From positions 1,026,096 through 1,090,095 of the forward strand of contig CAVQCI010000003.1 in the NCBI GenBank assembly GCA_963710985.1: a DNA stretch of 64,000 nt. The letters run 5' to 3'. Below, one piece after another: positions 56,216 to 64,000 of this stretch. Each line of letters begins with the position of its first letter. Position 1 is the first letter of the stretch. The notes under the pieces were generated by a model. That model saw only the letters and a program-made list of their open reading frames with translations. It had not been told where the DNA came from and did no database searches. Origin of the DNA: an uncultured Actinomycetes bacterium (lineage in GTDB: Bacteria; Actinomycetota; UBA4738; HRBIN12). Made by a program: the position numbers and the translations under genes.

Positions 56216-56374
56216 GCGTCTCCTCCCAGACTATGACAGCAGCATCATATCGTACGTAGGTACGCATTGCGGACGTCGGGGGGATATGGGGGAGCCAGAC
56301 CGGAGCCTTTGGGGGATGTTGGGAGTGCGCGGCGCCGACCGCGTCGTCGGGAAGCGGCCCAGAAGGGGGCGACG

Positions 56375-57496
56375 TTGAAGAAGATCCGTGTCGTCGGGTG
56401 GTTGATTCCTATTGCTGTCTTCGTCCTCGTTGCGGGCGCTTGCTCGAGCGGGAAGAGCTCAGGAAGTGGAGGTAGCGGGACGTCCGGCACGATATACCCG
56501 AGCAGTCCCCCAGCTAGTCAGGACACGGGAACCCTGAAGGTCCTGACGTTCTCCGGCGACGATGACCCGAAATTCGACCAGGCGTTCAAGCAGCAGTACC
56601 CGAACGCGACGGTTCAATACGCGACCGGCGACAGTAACGACGACTTCTTCTCGAAGATCAGCACCGGGTCGGTGAATGCGGACGTCATCTACGGGGCGTG
56701 TGTGAACTACCTCCCCAACTGGCAGAAGGCCAACCTGATCGCGCCGATCGACACGAGTCAGATGAGCAACTGGGGTGATCTGAACCCTGACGTCGAGAAA
56801 CTCGGTCAGATTGGCGGTCAGCAGTGGGAGGCCGTTTCGTACTACGGGTACGACTCCATCGTCGCGGCGTCCAATGCCGGCCCACTGCCGACTTCGTGGA
56901 GCGATCTTTGGAACCCTGAATTCAAGGATCAATTCTCGATGATCAACTACGCGGAGAACGGCGTGCAGATGACGGCAGTCGCGCTTGGCTTGCCCTATCC
57001 CGATCTCTCTGACCAACAGCTGAACCAGATCAAGGAGAAGCTCCTCCAGCTCAAGCCCAACATCAAGAGCTTCTGGACGAACCTATCCGACCCCATCCAG
57101 CAACTCAGCAATGGTGACGTGAGGATGTTCTACGGATGGCCATCTCAGTTTGCAACGTTGCAGCAGTCTGGGAAGGCAGTCCAGTACCTCGATCCTTCTG
57201 AAGGTCGCCTAAGCTGGTCCTGTGGGGCGATCGTGAACAAGGATACCCAGCATTACAACCTGGCTCTCGCGTGGATCAACGGGCGGCTTTCGGCTCAGTC
57301 AGGCGCCCTGCTCGTCAACACGGAGGACGTCGGATCCGCGAACACTCTGGCGATCAAGCAGGCTAACCAGGACGTCGTAAAGGGTCTCTCCCTCGACGAT
57401 CCCAGCGTCTTCGCCACTAGCCACCCTGCGGAGGCGCTGACGGATGCGCAGCGTCAGCAGTTCAACCAGTTGTGGAGTGAGGTTGTCGGGAGCTGA
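56375..57496 (+). CDS. ABC transporter substrate-binding lipoprotein (PotD/PotF-like)
   Basis: A TTG start follows AAGGGGG; lipobox LVAGACSSG. The fold-family assignment rests on length and motifs (KVLTFSGDD, FYGWPSQ). Confidence 0.75.
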   Translation: MKKIRVVGWLIPIAVFVLVAGACSSGKSSGSGGSGTSGTIYPSSPPASQDTGTLKVLTFSGDDDPKFDQAFKQQYPNATVQYATGDSNDDFFSKISTGSVNADVIYGACVNYLPNWQKANLIAPIDTSQMSNWGDLNPDVEKLGQIGGQQWEAVSYYGYDSIVAASNAGPLPTSWSDLWNPEFKDQFSMINYAENGVQMTAVALGLPYPDLSDQQLNQIKEKLLQLKPNIKSFWTNLSDPIQQLSNGDVRMFYGWPSQFATLQQSGKAVQYLDPSEGRLSWSCGAIVNKDTQHYNLALAWINGRLSAQSGALLVNTEDVGSANTLAIKQANQDVVKGLSLDDPSVFATSHPAEALTDAQRQQFNQLWSEVVGS

Positions 57497-57521
57497 TCCA
57501 GCGCGAGCGATCCGATAGATC

Positions 57522-58469
57522 GTGGCCAGAAGAAGTGAAGCACGAGCGCCCCTGGATGAAAGGCGCGGCCGCCTATCACGCATCTCGAACAAGCGGTCGG
57601 TAGCCGACCCGACAGGACGGCGAAGGTTCGGGCTCCTGATTGCTGCCATCCCTTCGCTGTGGCTAGTTCTCTTCCTGGTCGCGCCGCTGATCCTACTGGT
57701 CGCCTGGTCGTTCCAGGCTCCCTCGATCGGCATCTTCTTCCGCAGCCAATACAGCCTGGGTTCGTATCGGCTCGGGCTTGGGACTCCCCAGTACTGGACG
57801 GTGCTCTGGAAGACTGTCTTCACGGCGTTCGCGGTCGCGGTGATCAGCATCCTTCTCGGCTACCCGATCGCCTACGTCCTCGCCGTGATCGCCTCCCCGT
57901 CCCGTCGGTACACGCTCATGGTCATCGTCATGTTGCCCTTCCTGACCAGCTACCTCTTGCGGATCTACGCCTGGCGCCTGATCCTCGGCACCGACGGTGT
58001 GCTGAATCGCTTCCTCGCGATTACCGGCATCAGTCACAGCTCATTCAGCTACTTCCTCTTCACGCGGATTGCCGTCGTCATCGTCCTGGTCTACGTCTGG
58101 GCCCCCTGGGCAGCGTTGCCGATCTTCGTCCGTCTTGAGCAGATCGAGTTAGCGCTCAGGGAAGCGGCTGCCGATCTTGGAGCGAGCCCATGGGGTGCGT
58201 TCGTCCGCGTCGTGCTGCCTCTGTCCTTCTCTGGCGTGCTCGCGGCCTTCTTCTTCGTCTTCATCCCGACTTTGGGTGATTTCGCGACGGCGGACCTAGT
58301 CGGAGGGTCGGGAGGCGTCATGCTCGGGAACTTGATAGACGGACTCCTTCGGGTGTTGTCCTATCCATCTGGTGCCGTCCTGGCTGTGATGCTCATGGTC
58401 GTCGCGTTAGCGTTCATGTTCCTGGGCGGACGTTTCATCAGGCAGGGAACGGCCTTCCGTGAGCAATAG
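57522..58469 (+). CDS. ABC transporter permease (PotB-like)
   Basis: Six TM helices and an EAA-type loop (REAAADLGASPWGAFVRVVLP). Confidence 0.85.
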   Translation: MARRSEARAPLDERRGRLSRISNKRSVADPTGRRRFGLLIAAIPSLWLVLFLVAPLILLVAWSFQAPSIGIFFRSQYSLGSYRLGLGTPQYWTVLWKTVFTAFAVAVISILLGYPIAYVLAVIASPSRRYTLMVIVMLPFLTSYLLRIYAWRLILGTDGVLNRFLAITGISHSSFSYFLFTRIAVVIVLVYVWAPWAALPIFVRLEQIELALREAAADLGASPWGAFVRVVLPLSFSGVLAAFFFVFIPTLGDFATADLVGGSGGVMLGNLIDGLLRVLSYPSGAVLAVMLMVVALAFMFLGGRFIRQGTAFREQ

Positions 58470-59280
58470 CCGCCTGAAGGGCCTTGGCTTCTGGTTCTAC
58501 TTCTGGGCGTACGTTGCCCTGCTCTACCTCCCACTGGTCGTGCTCGCGCTCTTCTCATTCAACAACTCGCCGATCCTCTCGCTGCCGTGGCGAGGTTTTA
58601 CGATCCGCTGGTACTCAGCGATAGATGCGTCGCCCGCCCTGCTCAGGTCGCTAAGGACCAGCTTCGTTGTAGCCTTAGTCAGCAGCGTCTTTGCCGTAGT
58701 TCTGGGCGGAGCTGCCGGCGTGGCGGTGGCCCGTTTTCGCTTCCCTGGCCGCGGAATCCTTCTCGTCCTCGCTCTCGCGCCTCTCGTGATTCCATTCCTC
58801 GGCCTCGCGGTCGCACTCCTGTTGACGCTGCTCGCCATTGGGGTCCGACCTTCGACCCTCACCGTCTCGATGGCGCATGCGACCGTCGCAATCCCGGCCG
58901 TCTTGTTGCTCGTCGCGACGCGGATGCTCGGTCTCGATAAGGGGCTAGAAGAGGCTGCGATGGACCTTGGCGCGAGGTGGAGCCGGATCGTGTGGCGCGT
59001 CTACATCCCCCTGATGATGCCTGCGCTCGTGGCGGGGTTCCTAGCGTCGTTCGTCTCATCCTTCAACGAGTTCTACCTCGCGCTGTATCTCTCCGGTCCG
59101 AACGTGACGCTGCCCGTCTATTTCTTCTCCGCGTTCCGTAACCCGAACCTGCTGCCGCCCACGGTTGCCCTGAATAGCCTCGTAACGATCGTGATCCTTG
59201 CGCTCGTGGTCGGGGGGTTGCTGGTGCGGCTCATTCGCTCGCGATCTTCGGCCTTGAGCATGGAGCAGGAGATAGCGTGA
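58459..59280 (+). CDS. ABC transporter permease (PotC-like)
   Basis: Overlaps the upstream permease. EAA loop (EEAAMDLGARWSRIVWRVYIP). Confidence 0.85.
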   Translation: MSNSRLKGLGFWFYFWAYVALLYLPLVVLALFSFNNSPILSLPWRGFTIRWYSAIDASPALLRSLRTSFVVALVSSVFAVVLGGAAGVAVARFRFPGRGILLVLALAPLVIPFLGLAVALLLTLLAIGVRPSTLTVSMAHATVAIPAVLLLVATRMLGLDKGLEEAAMDLGARWSRIVWRVYIPLMMPALVAGFLASFVSSFNEFYLALYLSGPNVTLPVYFFSAFRNPNLLPPTVALNSLVTIVILALVVGGLLVRLIRSRSSALSMEQEIA

Positions 59281-59424
59281 GACGGCGAATGACCAGTTGC
59301 GCCTCATCGGTGCGGGCAGGCTGTCACAGAACGCCTGGTCTGCTGCCTTCGTCGTGTGAGCAGCTATGTACCGGGATCGGCGCGGTACCCGCGATTCACG
59401 ACCACTGACCCAGGAGCGAACGGA

Positions 59425-60499
59425 ATGTCCGACGGGATGACAGGCAGGACTCATACAGTCCTAGGAACCGTACCAAGCGACGCACTTGGTACGGTCCTGC
59501 CGCACGAGCACGTTCTCATCGCGCTTACGAATTGGCACGTGAAGACAGGGGATCCAGCCGATTCGGCTCCTGTCTCGCTTGAGAATCTGGCGCGCGTTCG
59601 GCGTCGTCCGTACGAGAATCTGGACAATCTCCTACTCTCCGACCTCCAGATGCAGCAGCAGGAGGTTGAGCTGTTCCGGGAGGCCGGTGGAAAGACGATC
59701 GATCGATCTGTCGCTCCCGGCCATCGGCCGCGACGTGAGAGGTCTAGCGCAGATCTCGGAAGCCACTGGTATCAACATCATCGCCGGCTGCGGCTACTAC
59801 GTCCACACTGCCCACCCGCCTGAGATCGAGAACATGACCGCGTCTGATGTCGCCGATGTTCTGATCCGAGACTTGACCGAGGGGATCGATGGGACCGAGA
59901 TCAGGGCCGGTGTCATTGGCGAGATAGGGACATGGAATCCGATCCAACCGAATGAGGAGAAGGTGCTACGTGGAGCGGCCAAGGCACACTTGGCTACAGG
60001 TGCTCCGGTCATCGTGCATACGTATCTCTTCGCTAAGTGGGGACCTCGTGTACTCGACATACTGGTGGAGGAAGGGATGAGCGCAGAGCGCGTGGCTCTC
60101 GCGCACGTCGACTCGATCGTCAACGATCTCGATTACCACAGAGCGATGGCGGACCGCGGTGCGTATATCGAGTACGACCTGTTTGGTGCGGAGGGCACGA
60201 ACGAAGACTGGCGAGACCAGGAGAGAGGCCAGAGGCTGATCCCTCCAATCCCATGTGATATGGAGCGGATCCTCGCGGTGAAGCAGCTGATCGATGCTGG
60301 CTACGGGGATCGCTTGCTTGCGTCACAGGATGTGTGCATGAAGGTGTCGCTCACTTCGTACGGGGGCTATGGCTATGCGCACATCCTCGAGAGTGTCGTT
60401 CCGCTGATGCGTGACGTCGGGATCTCTGACGCTGCCATTCGTGATCTGATCGAGGGCAACCCGCAGAGGTTCCTAGGCTGGAGCCCTCCGCTCGCCTAA
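59425..60499 (+). pseudogene. Phosphotriesterase-related hydrolase with one frameshift inside a GATC tract
   Basis: AGGAG precedes the ATG at 59425. LPHEHVLIAL...REAGGKTID is in one frame and DLSLPAIGRDVRGL...GVIGEIG...ASQDVCMK in the next. The switch lies within ACGATCGATCGATCTG (59695-59710). Confidence 0.8.
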
Positions 60500-60520
60500 G
60501 CCTCACGTGGAGGCGTCCTC

Positions 60521-61798
60521 ATGGCAAGAAGCCGAACCCGCTACCGGACGACGAAGGGCGAAGTGATGACGGCCAGCAACAAGGAGCAGTTCCTTGCGAC
60601 CCACGAGGTTGACTCACAGAAGGCATTCCCCGCCGACGAGTATCGACACCGACTCGATCGCATCCGTGCCTCGATGCGAGACCACAACATCGATGTTCTG
60701 TTTCTCTCGGCGCCCGAGAGCATCTGCTACGTGAGTGGCTACGCGGCGGACTGGTACCGGTCCCAGAGCTCAACTGACTGGAGCCCTGCGAGCGGGATAG
60801 CCATCTGCGTCGACTCCGATGAGTACGTCCACTTCGACGAGGAGGACGAGCAGCTTCTGATAGAAACGGTTGCGGTCTCCCGAGATGTCGATATTCACCG
60901 ACACTCCGACCCACCGATGAAGGACGTGATCGCTGCCGAACTTGAACGGAGGGGCTGGCTCGCAGGAACCGTCGGCCTCGAGATGTGGAGCTACCGACCG
61001 CACCGAGGCTACAGCGAACTATTCCAGGCTGCGCTTGAAGCCAAGGGTGCTCGGGTCGTCGATGCGACGAGGCTCGTGCGGGGGTTGCGCAACATCAAGT
61101 CGAAGCGTGAGCTGAACCACATCGCCGAGGCAGCGCGCTTGGCTGACATCGGTATGAGGGCCGCCAAGGAGGCGCTGCGACCGGGCGTGACGGAGCTCGA
61201 GGTGTACGCGGAGATCGTGACTGCGATGGCGCGTTCGGGTGGCGAGAGCCCGTTGGTGACAGTCGGCGCGGGGAAGGGGAATGCTTCCGTCCACGCTTTG
61301 CCCTCCAGGCGCAAGGTATCTGCGGGCGATATCGTCAATGTCGATATCTGTGGCGTCTTCAACCGGTATCACGCGACACTCGGACGATGCTTCTCCATCG
61401 GCCGGCCGACTCTAGACGTGGTGGAGTATGCGAGCAAGGTCGCCGGCGCCGTTGATGTGGTCGTTGGAACGATCCGCCCGAACCTACCAGTCGCCGATTT
61501 GCTGGCCCCACTGAAGCGGTACTGTCAAGAGACTGGGATTTGGGACGACCAATGGTGGATAGGTGGGTACGAGATTGGGATCGCATTTCCTCCCGATACG
61601 GTCGGCGAGTTCTACTTCGACATCAGTGACGAGCCTGACGGTGCGGTCTTCGCTCCTGGAACAGTGACAACGTTCGAGAGCAACTTCTACCTACCAGAAG
61701 CGGTTGGCCTCCTGCTACAGATCAGCACAATGGCGTTTGGAAGCGAGCAAGCGACGCTCCTGCATGATGTACCTGCGGGCCTCGATGTCATCGAATAG
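60521..61798 (+). CDS. M24-family metallopeptidase (Xaa-Pro peptidase/creatinase-like)
   Basis: GGAGG lies 8 nt before the ATG. A creatinase-like N-domain is followed by a pita-bread domain (IVNVDICGVFNRYHATLGRCF, GGYEIGIAF, TFESNFY). Confidence 0.8.
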   Translation: MARSRTRYRTTKGEVMTASNKEQFLATHEVDSQKAFPADEYRHRLDRIRASMRDHNIDVLFLSAPESICYVSGYAADWYRSQSSTDWSPASGIAICVDSDEYVHFDEEDEQLLIETVAVSRDVDIHRHSDPPMKDVIAAELERRGWLAGTVGLEMWSYRPHRGYSELFQAALEAKGARVVDATRLVRGLRNIKSKRELNHIAEAARLADIGMRAAKEALRPGVTELEVYAEIVTAMARSGGESPLVTVGAGKGNASVHALPSRRKVSAGDIVNVDICGVFNRYHATLGRCFSIGRPTLDVVEYASKVAGAVDVVVGTIRPNLPVADLLAPLKRYCQETGIWDDQWWIGGYEIGIAFPPDTVGEFYFDISDEPDGAVFAPGTVTTFESNFYLPEAVGLLLQISTMAFGSEQATLLHDVPAGLDVIE

Positions 61799-61811
61799 AG
61801 GCGGAGAATCC

Positions 61812-62933
61812 ATGGGTCTCGTCGGAAGTCCGTGCCGTGAGCTCGGGATCCGGATAGGGGAACTGAGGCCTGGTCCGAACGACGCGATCACCGACGTCCC
61901 CGGCGTGCGGGTGGGTCACGCGACCGTGATCGCTGGAGAAGGCCCGCTCATCGTCGGGCAAGGGCCGGTCCGGACAGGGGTCACGGTGATCATGCCGCAC
62001 GACGGTTCTGTCGGTGAGGAGCCGCTGTTCGCCGGATGTCATCGCTTGAATGGCAATGGCGAACTTACAGGCCTCGAATGGGTGCGTGAGTCGGGGATGT
62101 TGATGTCACCGATTGCGATCACGAACACGCACAGCGTCGGAACGGTTAGGGACGCGCTCATCGCACACCAGGTCGGTCAGCGCCCGAAGGGGCCGATCTT
62201 CTGGAGCCTGCCCGTCGTGGGTGAGACCTGGGACGGCACGCTGAATGACATCAACGGGTTCCACGTGAAGGCAGAACACGTCGATGCCGCCCTAAGCCAT
62301 GCCTCTGACGGCCTCGTGGAGCAGGGCAACGTCGGCGGCGGTACAGGGATGATCTGTCACGATTTCAAAGGCGGGATCGGTACAGCCTCACGCGTTCTGA
62401 CCGAGGCTGACGGCGGCTACACGGTCGGCGTGCTCGTCCAGGCGAATCACGGGCGTCGGCATCGTCTCACCATCAACGGTGTCGCCGTTGGCCGCCGCAT
62501 CGATACGAATGAGGCGCCGGCGCCGCGCCTTCCTGAGCCAGAGAGGAGCCATTCCGCGACTAGCTCGATCATCATCGTCGTCGCAACGGACGCACCTTTG
62601 CTACCCCACCAGTGCGATCGTCTCGCTCAGCGCGCAGGCTTGGGAGTGGCGCGAACCGGCGGGGTCGGAGAACATTCAAGCGGGGACCTGTTCTTCTGCT
62701 TCTCGGTCGCGAACAGGGGCATGTCGCCGAGCAAGCGGGTCGGCGGCGCGAAGCTAACGAGCAGTGTCGAAGTGCTCTCGGACCTCTACATCACTCCGCT
62801 GTTCGACGCCGTCGTCGAGGCGACGGAAGAGGCGATTGTGAATGCCCTCCTGGCTGCAGAAACGATGGTGGGAAGGGATGGTGTTACGGCACATGCGTTG
62901 AAAGGGGGGCGTCTCCTCGAGCTCTTGTCCTAA
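61812..62933 (+). CDS. P1/S58-family aminopeptidase (DmpA-like)
   Basis: NDAITDVPGVRVGHATV, VVGETWDG, GNVGGGTGM and VVATDAPL. Confidence 0.8.
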   Translation: MGLVGSPCRELGIRIGELRPGPNDAITDVPGVRVGHATVIAGEGPLIVGQGPVRTGVTVIMPHDGSVGEEPLFAGCHRLNGNGELTGLEWVRESGMLMSPIAITNTHSVGTVRDALIAHQVGQRPKGPIFWSLPVVGETWDGTLNDINGFHVKAEHVDAALSHASDGLVEQGNVGGGTGMICHDFKGGIGTASRVLTEADGGYTVGVLVQANHGRRHRLTINGVAVGRRIDTNEAPAPRLPEPERSHSATSSIIIVVATDAPLLPHQCDRLAQRAGLGVARTGGVGEHSSGDLFFCFSVANRGMSPSKRVGGAKLTSSVEVLSDLYITPLFDAVVEATEEAIVNALLAAETMVGRDGVTAHALKGGRLLELLS

Positions 62934-63022
62934 CACGGGCAGAGCTCCACGGAAACGGCGGTTGGCCCGGCCCACGGTCTTGATCACATAGTCGACCCTG
63001 CGCGTCTCCGATCACCAAGTCC

Positions 63023-63634
63023 TCACTCATCGCCGACATCACGCGGCGATATGGATCGGGCCTTCCCGCCAGTGACGTTCGTTCGGCCTTCCGCACGATG
63101 CCTGTCCGGTTCCACGACGACATGGAGCGGCTCAACGATCGCCGCAACCAAGTGATACCAGCCAACCAACACTCCGAGCTCGATCGCGCCGGCTGGCCCC
63201 AACGCCTCGAGGACGCCGTTGAAGATTGCGTCGTCCACACTTCGGGTTGATGTCACCTGATGCGCGTAGGAGATCACATACCGCTCGGGCGCCGCGAACC
63301 CGCCCAGGTCCCACGTGGACAGGCGGGCGATCTCTTCCCTCGTGACTCCGGCACGCTCTGCGTCCAGCAGATGGTGCGCGGTCTCGTACTCGCTTCCTAT
63401 CGTGAATGCGGTCGCCAGGATTGCGAGTTGGGACAGTCGAGCGGGCAACGTTGATTCGTCTCGTACCCGGCGCGACAGTCCGAAGAAGGCGGGAAGCAAG
63501 GTCGGTTCGTTCGCCACTACCCGGAACAGATTCGTGACCTCGCCGCGAACACTGCGAATCTCCCCGAAGACCTCGGCGGTGAGTTCATCTCGAACGTCGA
63601 GGCCCACCAGAGGAAGTCGCATGCCGTTAGTCAT
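63023..63634 (-). CDS. Carboxymuconolactone decarboxylase (AhpD-like) family protein
   Basis: 203 aa. NLFRVVANEPTLLPAFF and SEYETAHHLL are typical of the CMD/AhpD-like fold. Confidence 0.7.
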   Translation of the reverse strand: MTNGMRLPLVGLDVRDELTAEVFGEIRSVRGEVTNLFRVVANEPTLLPAFFGLSRRVRDESTLPARLSQLAILATAFTIGSEYETAHHLLDAERAGVTREEIARLSTWDLGGFAAPERYVISYAHQVTSTRSVDDAIFNGVLEALGPAGAIELGVLVGWYHLVAAIVEPLHVVVEPDRHRAEGRTNVTGGKARSISPRDVGDE

Positions 63635-63913
63635 GGAATGACCTTTCGCTACTTGGGAAGCCCCTACCTCGTATGCCTCAAACTCCGTCGCCGTGTCCTC
63701 CTCGATCAGCAGCTCCTTGGCATGGCAGAAGTACGTGGTCGCGCCCAGCTATGTGTTGCGGGTACGGCCCAAGTATCGTCATGACCCGACGACCAGGGCA
63801 ATGCCCTATCGTGCATATCGCATCCGTACTCGAACTCTGGGCTCAGCCCGTGACTACTAGAACTTACCTGGAGCCGCATGGGACAGCGTTCACGTCTCCG
63901 AGCGCTGGGCGAG

Positions 63914-63938
63914 GCACGGGAGGTCGGCTCCGTGTCTC
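63914..63938 (+). repeat. att-like hairpin motif (degenerate copy)
   Basis: GCACGGGAGGTCGGCTCCGTGTCTC; compare CCACGGGAGGTCGCACCGTGTGTC at 49906-49929. Confidence 0.45.
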
Positions 63939-64000
63939 GAGGCGACTCCATCAACCCAAGACGGCTGTCGTCTGCTGACGAAGCCGCGACGAAGCACGGT

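Overview
High-GC, Actinomycetota-like chromosomal window (frequent GTG/TTG starts, ATGA-type stop/start overlaps, several apparently leaderless genes). I saw no rRNA, tRNA or CRISPR array. There are three zones. (1) 1.6-21.6 kb is a coherent metal/thiol-redox island. It holds a frameshifted P1B-type ATPase, two YHS-domain proteins, an in-frame Lgt-CcmF fusion ORF followed by CcmH-like, CcmI-like and TlpA-like genes, an OmpR/HK two-component pair, redoxins, a CcdA-like/YHS fusion and a SHOCT protein. The island is bracketed by two ~210-240 bp direct repeats. (2) 21.6-52 kb is a mosaic, decaying accessory region. Intact genes (two ECF sigma modules, cyclase, hydrolases, YcaQ, nitroreductase, DUF4082, AraC, LysE, TMEM175, oxidoreductases) are interleaved with many pseudogenes, an integrase remnant and at least five short repeat families. 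These families include a ~95-nt element with hairpin covariation, a split mini-gene family that flanks unrelated cargo genes, and an array of degenerate XRE-like HTH mini-genes. (3) 52.5-63.7 kb is a catabolic cluster (IclR, PotD-type ABC transporter without an ATPase gene, phosphotriesterase-like, amidohydrolase, M24 and DmpA peptidases) with decayed paralogues next to it. All homology calls come from motif recognition by eye. Repeat coordinates were hand-derived and could be off by a few nt. Frameshifts could be assembly errors rather than true pseudogenes.
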